A stretch of 64,000 nt of DNA. It comes from an uncultured Pseudomonadota bacterium. Its GTDB lineage: Bacteria > Oederibacteriota > Muellerivitia > Muellerivitales > Muellerivitaceae. Location of the stretch: contig CAWJKT010000004.1 in assembly GCA_963843375.1 (NCBI GenBank), positions 448,001 to 512,000 on the forward strand, written 5' to 3'. Both the position numbers and the translations under genes were made by a program. The notes below the pieces were generated by a model. The model worked only from the letters and a program-made list of their open reading frames with translations. It did not search any database and was not told the DNA's origin. Shown here in pieces: positions 58,259-64,000 of this stretch; the first letter of the stretch is position 1; every line of letters starts with the position of its first letter.

Positions 58259-60031
58259 ATGAACTTCGCCTCTCGCTCGTTCTCCTTGGCCTTGGGCGTA
58301 CTCTGTTTGGGTGCGTGCAGCTCGAGCTCCTCGAGCCCGGCCGCCCCGAATCCGCAGGTGGACTCGGGGACCCCGCCGACGATCGATGCGGGCTCACCCG
58401 AAGCGTCCGCCTCCAGCCTCGACGTCCCGACCGACAAGGGAATGGTCCACGGTGCGACGGCCGGCGGCGTGCGGTCGTTTCTCGGCATTCCCTTCGCCGC
58501 GACGACCGGCGGAGACAACCGCTGGAAGCCGCCGCAGCCCGCGGCCGCCTGGACGACGACCCTCGAGGCGACGACCCTCGGTCCGATCTGCCCGCAGATC
58601 GATCCGTCGACGATGAAGTACGCGACGACGAGCGACGAGAACTGCCTGAATCTCAACGTGTGGACGCCGGATCCGGCGCCCACCACTCCGCTCCCCGTCA
58701 TGGTCTGGATCTTCGGCGGCGCGTTCGTCTTCGGCAGCGGCGGCGCGGCTCCTTACAACGGGAATCACCTCGTTCCGAACGGAAACGTCGTGGTCGTGTC
58801 GATGAACTACCGGGTGGGCGCCCTGGGCTTTCTCGCGCACGGCGCGCTCGCGGCCGAAGATGCCTCCAAGTCGACGGGAAACTACGGCCTCCTCGACCAG
58901 CAGGCGGCGCTCAAGTGGGTCCAGACGAACATCGCGGCGTTTGGCGGCGACAAGACCAACGTGACGGTCTTCGGCGAGTCGGCAGGCGGCAAGAGCGTCT
59001 GCCTGCAGCTCCTTTCTCCGGGAAGCCAAGGGCTCTTCAGCAAGGCCATCGTCGAGAGCGGGCTCTGCTTGACGCCGGGCCTCACGCTCAGCGCGGCGGA
59101 GGCGCAGGGCGACCGGTATGCGACGGCGATGGGATGCACGGACGCGGACGCTGCGTCGGCGCTCTCGTGTCTGCGTGCGCTGCCCCCGACGACCATCATC
59201 AACGGGCCGGCGACGCCCCCGCCCCAGCTGCCCGGTGGCCTCTTCTATCAGGACAGCAGCACGTCCCTGTCCTTCCAGCCCATCGTCGACGGCACGTTCC
59301 TGACGGATCAGCCGGCGGCGCTCTTCACCGCGAACAAGGAAGCCGCGGTTCCCGTGCTCCAGGGTGCGAACACCGACGAGGGCATCCTCTTTCAGACCGC
59401 GGCCCTGGGGCCGTACACGTCCGTGACCACGGAGACGGACTACCTGGCTGCGCTCACGCGGACGTTCGGCCCGAACGCGAGTGCCATCGCCGCACAATAT
59501 CCAGTCGCCGGCGGAGACGCGGGAGCGCCCGCCCTGGACGCCGGATCGCCGAGTGACGCCGGCGCCGTCGTCGCCTTCGCCACGCCCGACGAGGCGCTCA
59601 CTCAGGTCAGCGGAGACGCGTTCTTCGTGTGCCAGGCTCGCAGGCTCGAGCGGATCCTCTCGGCAAACGCCCCGAAGACGTATCTCTACAGCTTCAATGG
59701 CCCGCTCACGGGCGTCCCTCTCCCGCCACTCATGGGGGTCGCGTTTCACAGCAGCGAGCTTCCGTACGTGTTCGGCAACGCGTACTTGCTCGGCAGCGTG
59801 CCCGCCGCCGGCGCATCGCTGGTCACCGCGATGGAGGGGTACTGGACGGCCTTCGCGAAGAGCGGCGATCCGAACGGGGGCTCGAGCCCCATGTGGCCGC
59901 CCTACACGACCGCGGGAGATCAACACATCAACCTCGACACCTCCATCACCGTGGGCACCGGGCTCGAAAAGGCGAACTGCGACTTCTGGGACAGCTACGT
60001 GGCCGCCAACCCCACGGTTGCGGGCCTCTGA
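58259..60031 (+). CDS. Carboxylesterase type B lipoprotein
   Basis: LGAC lipobox; FLGIPFA, ENCLNLNVW, GNYGLLDQ, FGESAGG, H.SEL.YVFG; intact 590 aa. Confidence 0.95.
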   Translation: MNFASRSFSLALGVLCLGACSSSSSSPAAPNPQVDSGTPPTIDAGSPEASASSLDVPTDKGMVHGATAGGVRSFLGIPFAATTGGDNRWKPPQPAAAWTTTLEATTLGPICPQIDPSTMKYATTSDENCLNLNVWTPDPAPTTPLPVMVWIFGGAFVFGSGGAAPYNGNHLVPNGNVVVVSMNYRVGALGFLAHGALAAEDASKSTGNYGLLDQQAALKWVQTNIAAFGGDKTNVTVFGESAGGKSVCLQLLSPGSQGLFSKAIVESGLCLTPGLTLSAAEAQGDRYATAMGCTDADAASALSCLRALPPTTIINGPATPPPQLPGGLFYQDSSTSLSFQPIVDGTFLTDQPAALFTANKEAAVPVLQGANTDEGILFQTAALGPYTSVTTETDYLAALTRTFGPNASAIAAQYPVAGGDAGAPALDAGSPSDAGAVVAFATPDEALTQVSGDAFFVCQARRLERILSANAPKTYLYSFNGPLTGVPLPPLMGVAFHSSELPYVFGNAYLLGSVPAAGASLVTAMEGYWTAFAKSGDPNGGSSPMWPPYTTAGDQHINLDTSITVGTGLEKANCDFWDSYVAANPTVAGL

Positions 60032-60157
60032 CGCGCCCAGGGCTCGCGCCCTTCCGTTCCATCGGAAAGCGAACCGCAGGGCTCAGCAGCCCGGCACGAG
60101 GTCGACGCCGCCGAAGAACTCCGCGGAGACGGCCTCCCACGCGTGCCGGTTCTCCTC

Positions 60158-60370
60158 CTAGCCGCCGTCGATTCGCTGCGGCGCCAGAACGTCGACCTCG
60201 TCGTCCGTGCTGTCGAGCCGATCGAGCGCGAGGCGCGAGGCCGGATCGGACGCGAACCGGCTTGCCACGGCAGCGCGGACGGGGCTCGTGGAGTCGGCGA
60301 TCGCTGCGCGCGGGCTCGCGAATGCGAGCAGCCCGCCGACCGCGAGGACGCGACGCAGGGTCTCATCCAT
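60158..60370 (-). CDS. Short hypothetical protein or fragment
   Basis: Signal-peptide-like start and early stop. Confidence 0.25.
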   Translation of the reverse strand: MDETLRRVLAVGGLLAFASPRAAIADSTSPVRAAVASRFASDPASRLALDRLDSTDDEVDVLAPQRIDGG

Positions 60371-60482
60371 TTCGAGTCGGACAATCGCCTCACCAGGGTG
60401 TTCCGGGCGCTCTCGCGCGGCGGACGGGCCCGTTCCGATAGGTGTTGGCGGAGGTTATATCCCCGCTGCTAGAGCTGACGCG

Positions 60483-61883
60483 ATGCACAGCTACCTCGAG
60501 CGGTATCTCATCGCCCACGTATCCACGGTTCTCGCAGCGATCGGGGCGTTCGGGATGATGACCGGTCTCGGCGGGTCGCGTCGGACGTCGCAGAGCACGC
60601 TCGCATGGCTGCTCGGGGTCGTATTCATGCCCTTCGTCGCGCTCCCTCTCTTTCTCGTCTTCGGAAGCCGAAAATTCCCGCAGAGGGCCAAGGGGCCGGA
60701 GGACGACGCCGACCGCAGGGCCGCGATCGGCGAGCTCGGGACACAGACGCCGGGCTGCGCGCGCGTACTCCGATCGTGCGGCGTCGCGCCTCCACGGGAG
60801 GGCAATTCCTTCGAGCTCTTGACCACGGGCGAGACCGCGTACGCCAGGCTCATGGAGCTCATCGCCGCCGCAGACCGGACGATCGACCTCACGATGTTCA
60901 TCCTCGGTCACGACGCCACGGGCCGAGCGGTCGTCGAGGCGCTGGCGGCGCGCGCGGCAAAGGGGGTGAGCGTCCGGGTGATCCTCGACGCCGTCGGTTC
61001 GTCCCGATCGAGGCGCCACGCCGCGAGCACGCTCGGCGCGGTGGGGGCGGAGGTGCGTTCGTTCATGCCGTTCGGGCATTCGCCGATCCGGGGTCGAACG
61101 AACCTGCGTAGCCATCGAAAGCTGGTGGTCTTCGACGGCGAGCACGTCTTCACCGGCGGCATGAACCTGGCCAACGAATACATGGGCGAGTCGGCGACGG
61201 AGCTGCCGCGCTGGCGCGATGTCGCCGCGGTGACGAGCGGTCCGGTGGCAGCCGACGCCGAGGCGATGTTCGAGTCGGACTGGGTCTACTGCGGGGGTTC
61301 GGCGCGCAAGACCGCAAGTACGGAGTCCGCCAAGAGGTCGGCGCGCGGCGATGCGATCGTACAGGTGGTCCCCAGCGGCCCCGAGCTCCTCGCCGACACC
61401 GTGTACGACCTTTTCTTGACGGGAATCTTCGAGGCTCGAGACCGGGTCGCGCTGGTGACTCCCTACTACGTTCCGGACGACTCTCTCCAGCACGCCCTGG
61501 TGCTCTCGGCCCGTCGCGGGGTCCGGACCGAGGTCGTCATCCCCACGGTGTCGAATCACCGCATCGCCGACGTCGCGCGTCGAAGCCTCCTGCGCGAGCT
61601 GACGTCGGCCGGCGTCCGCGTCCGGTACTACCCGCGGGGGATGGTGCACGCGAAGGCCATGGTGATCGACGACGCGTTCGCCTACGTCGGTTCTCCGAAC
61701 TTCGACATGCGGAGTCTGTTTCTGAACTACGAGAATGCACTCTGCGTCTATTCGCCGCAGGCCATCGCCGCGATCCGCGGGTTCATCGACGGCTTGATGG
61801 CCGAGTGCGACGCGGAGGGGCCTCCCGCTGCCGAACATCGCATCCGCGAGCAGCTCGCCCGCTTCCTGGCGCCGGAGCTCTGA
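60483..61883 (+). CDS. cls: Cardiolipin synthase (PLD family)
   Basis: N-terminal TMs; two HKD motifs, HRKLVVFDG and HAKAMVIDD; GSPNFDMRS. Confidence 0.92.
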   Translation: MHSYLERYLIAHVSTVLAAIGAFGMMTGLGGSRRTSQSTLAWLLGVVFMPFVALPLFLVFGSRKFPQRAKGPEDDADRRAAIGELGTQTPGCARVLRSCGVAPPREGNSFELLTTGETAYARLMELIAAADRTIDLTMFILGHDATGRAVVEALAARAAKGVSVRVILDAVGSSRSRRHAASTLGAVGAEVRSFMPFGHSPIRGRTNLRSHRKLVVFDGEHVFTGGMNLANEYMGESATELPRWRDVAAVTSGPVAADAEAMFESDWVYCGGSARKTASTESAKRSARGDAIVQVVPSGPELLADTVYDLFLTGIFEARDRVALVTPYYVPDDSLQHALVLSARRGVRTEVVIPTVSNHRIADVARRSLLRELTSAGVRVRYYPRGMVHAKAMVIDDAFAYVGSPNFDMRSLFLNYENALCVYSPQAIAAIRGFIDGLMAECDAEGPPAAEHRIREQLARFLAPEL

Positions 61884-61915
61884 CTCGACGAGCGGCCGCG
61901 CGTCGTATCGCGGTC

Positions 61916-62698
61916 TCAGCCCGCGCTCGCGATCGAGAGTCCGCCGTCCACCGGGATGACGGTCCCGGTCACGTAGGCCGCCGCTCGCGAGGCGAGGAAG
62001 ATGGCGATTCCGGCCATGTCCGGCGGAGCCCCGATGCGCCCGAGCGGGCAGCGCTCGACGATCGCGTCTCGCATGTTGTCGAGGAGCCACTCCGTCATGC
62101 GGCTCTCGAAGGGCCCCGGGGCCACGGCGTTCACCGTGATGTGACGCGGGCCGAGCTTGACCGCGAGGACGCGCGTCAGGTGATGAACGGCGGCCTTCGA
62201 CGCCGAGTAGGCGAAGTTGTCGACCGAGGGCACGCGGAGCCCGTCGATCGACCCGATGTTGATGATCCTCGCCGGATCCTCGGCCGTACCTCCGGCGGTC
62301 AGCAGAGGCAGGAGGGCCTGGCTGAGGAAGAAGACGGCCTCCGTGTTCAGCGCCGTGACCTTCCGGAAGCCGTCCTCGGGATAGGTGTCGACCGGAGCGC
62401 CCCAGTTGGTTCCGGCGTTGTTCACCAGGACGTGGAGCGCGATCTCTCGCGCTGCGAGGGTGGCGACGAGTTGGTTGCGGCCGGCCGTGGTGGCCACGTC
62501 GGACGGGATCGATTGGCATTCGCCGTGTTTTCGCAGCTCGAGGGCCACGGCGTCGCACGCCTCTTTCTTGCGCGACGAGATGTACACACGGGCGCCGGCG
62601 CGGACGTACGCCTCGGCAATCATCAGGCCGATGCCGCTCGAGCCTCCGGTGACCAGGGTGACCTTGCCGCGGATCGAAAAAGGAGTGTCTGCCGTCAT
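61916..62698 (-). CDS. SDR-family oxidoreductase
   Basis: TGGSSGIG, NNAG, YSASK, VNAVAPG, VDGG. Confidence 0.95.
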   Translation of the reverse strand: MTADTPFSIRGKVTLVTGGSSGIGLMIAEAYVRAGARVYISSRKKEACDAVALELRKHGECQSIPSDVATTAGRNQLVATLAAREIALHVLVNNAGTNWGAPVDTYPEDGFRKVTALNTEAVFFLSQALLPLLTAGGTAEDPARIINIGSIDGLRVPSVDNFAYSASKAAVHHLTRVLAVKLGPRHITVNAVAPGPFESRMTEWLLDNMRDAIVERCPLGRIGAPPDMAGIAIFLASRAAAYVTGTVIPVDGGLSIASAG

Positions 62699-62834
62699 GC
62701 GCGCTAACCCATCAAGGAGGCAGTCCGGCGTCAAGGGCGACCGTTACGCAGCGGGCCCCGCGGTCCGCACCCAGAGGCCACCGACCCTGTAACGCTCGAC
62801 CGTCTCGCCGTATGTCATGGGCGGAGGGACCGTC

Positions 62835-63575
62835 ATGACCGTCACCAACCCCGTGTCCGGAACCAACGTCCACGAGATCGCATCGGGCATCTTTCGCATC
62901 AGCACGCCCGTGCCACCGAACCCGGCCTTGCCTGGCGGGTTCACGTTCAATCAGTTCCTCGTCGTCGACGAGCAACCGCTGCTCTTCCATACGGGGCCGT
63001 ACCGTATGTTCCCGCTCGTGCACGAGGCCGTCGCGCACGTGCTGGGCGACGTCGCCAAGCTCCGCTGGGTGTCGTTTTCGCACTACGAGGCCGACGAGTG
63101 CGGTTCGCTCAACGAGTGGCTTGCGGCGGCGCCGCGGGCAGAGGCGGCGTGCAGCGCGATCGGCGCCATGGTCTCGGTGGGCGACGTCTCGGCCCGCCCC
63201 CCGCGTCCTCTGGCCGACGGCGAAGAGATCGCGCTGGGACAGAAGCGCGTCCGCTGGCTGGACGCGCCTCACCTCCCCCACAACTGGGAGTGCGGCTACC
63301 TTTTCGAGTCCACCACGCGCACGCTGCTCTGCGGCGACCTGTTCACCCACGGCGGCGCGGAGCTGCCGCCGATCACGGACGCTGACGTGCTCGGACCCGC
63401 AGAGGCCATGCGCAAGGCGATGCCCGCCAGCGTCGCCGTCGACCGCAGCGCCCGCGCGATCCTCGAGAAGCTGGCGGCGACGGAGCCGCGCACGTTGGCC
63501 CTGATGCACGGGAGCTCGTATCGTGGAGACGGAGCCGCGCTGCTTCGCGCCCTGGCGGACGCGCTGGGCGTGTGA
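62835..63575 (+). CDS. MBL-fold protein (FprA/ODP-like)
   Basis: FNQFL, SHYEADECG, PH.PH.W, LCGDLF, MHG. Confidence 0.85.
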   Translation: MTVTNPVSGTNVHEIASGIFRISTPVPPNPALPGGFTFNQFLVVDEQPLLFHTGPYRMFPLVHEAVAHVLGDVAKLRWVSFSHYEADECGSLNEWLAAAPRAEAACSAIGAMVSVGDVSARPPRPLADGEEIALGQKRVRWLDAPHLPHNWECGYLFESTTRTLLCGDLFTHGGAELPPITDADVLGPAEAMRKAMPASVAVDRSARAILEKLAATEPRTLALMHGSSYRGDGAALLRALADALGV

Positions 63576-63635
63576 GGGATGCGCGCCGGTGAACGCGCCG
63601 CGATCGAGCGAGTATTCGCCCGAAACCGCGTGCGC

Positions 63636-64000
63636 TCACGTCACGCGGACGATGCAGCGGAAGCCCACGTGACAGGTGGTCGTGTCGACGGTCTCGGGAA
63701 TGCGCGCCGCCGGGCGGTAGCGCAGACAGTAGTTCGGGGCGCAGAGAAAGGAGCCGCCCTTGAGGACCCGTCGTCCGATCTTCACTGGAAGCGTGGGGTC
63801 GACGCTTTCGGCGAGCGTGGCCCCGCGCGGGTTGCGAGGCGTGCAGCACGGGCGCTGCGGCGCCCGACGCGTCGGAGAGAACCAGTCGCAGGTCCACTCC
63901 CAGACGTTGCCCCCCACGTCGAACAGGCCGTAGCCGTTCGCGGGGAACGCGCCCACGGGAGACGTCCGTTCGTGGCCGTCCTCGAGGAGGTTCTGCCACG
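63636..64000 (-). CDS. Formylglycine-generating enzyme family protein (5' partial)
   Basis: [42 protein letters not shown]. Confidence 0.92.
   Translation of the reverse strand, partial: WQNLLEDGHERTSPVGAFPANGYGLFDVGGNVWEWTCDWFSPTRRAPQRPCCTPRNPRGATLAESVDPTLPVKIGRRVLKGGSFLCAPNYCLRYRPAARIPETVDTTTCHVGFRCIVRVT

Overview
The window looks like two genomes joined at about 12,690. Segment A (1-12,690, moderate GC by eye) carries a stress and carbon-metabolism island. It has two PLDc_N-type membrane micro-proteins alternating with two paralogous ~70-aa proteins, two sll1863-like coiled-coil proteins and a broken ferredoxin. It also has a Tyr-rich secreted repeat protein behind a sigma54-type promoter, a ferritin-like protein, gnd, zwf, a ROK kinase, aldolase and glucoamylase remnants, and an AcrB-family gene cut off mid-frame. 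Segment B (12,690-64,000, very high GC) has Myxococcota-like hallmarks: MYXO-CTERM, Cys-rich repeat/fibro-slime and kinase-AAA-TPR proteins. It begins inside nadE and contains an IS3-family element, two spacer-free 42-bp tandem arrays, an HTTM gene pair, two SGNH hydrolases, a VWA lipoprotein, gltX, HtrA, SlyD, NDH-2, several secreted enzymes, cls, an SDR, an MBL-fold protein and a partial FGE gene. The best candidate for an undescribed system is the co-oriented copper cluster at 37,586-49,011: ECF sigma, lipoprotein multicopper oxidase with two CBM5/12-like modules, minimal CusB-like adaptor, CusA, barrel-like protein, YtkA-like lipoprotein, second barrel and redoxin. Many genes carry frameshifts that look like consensus errors, so the ends of those genes are approximate. 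All family calls come from motif recognition, not database searches. No tRNA, rRNA or CRISPR array was recognised.
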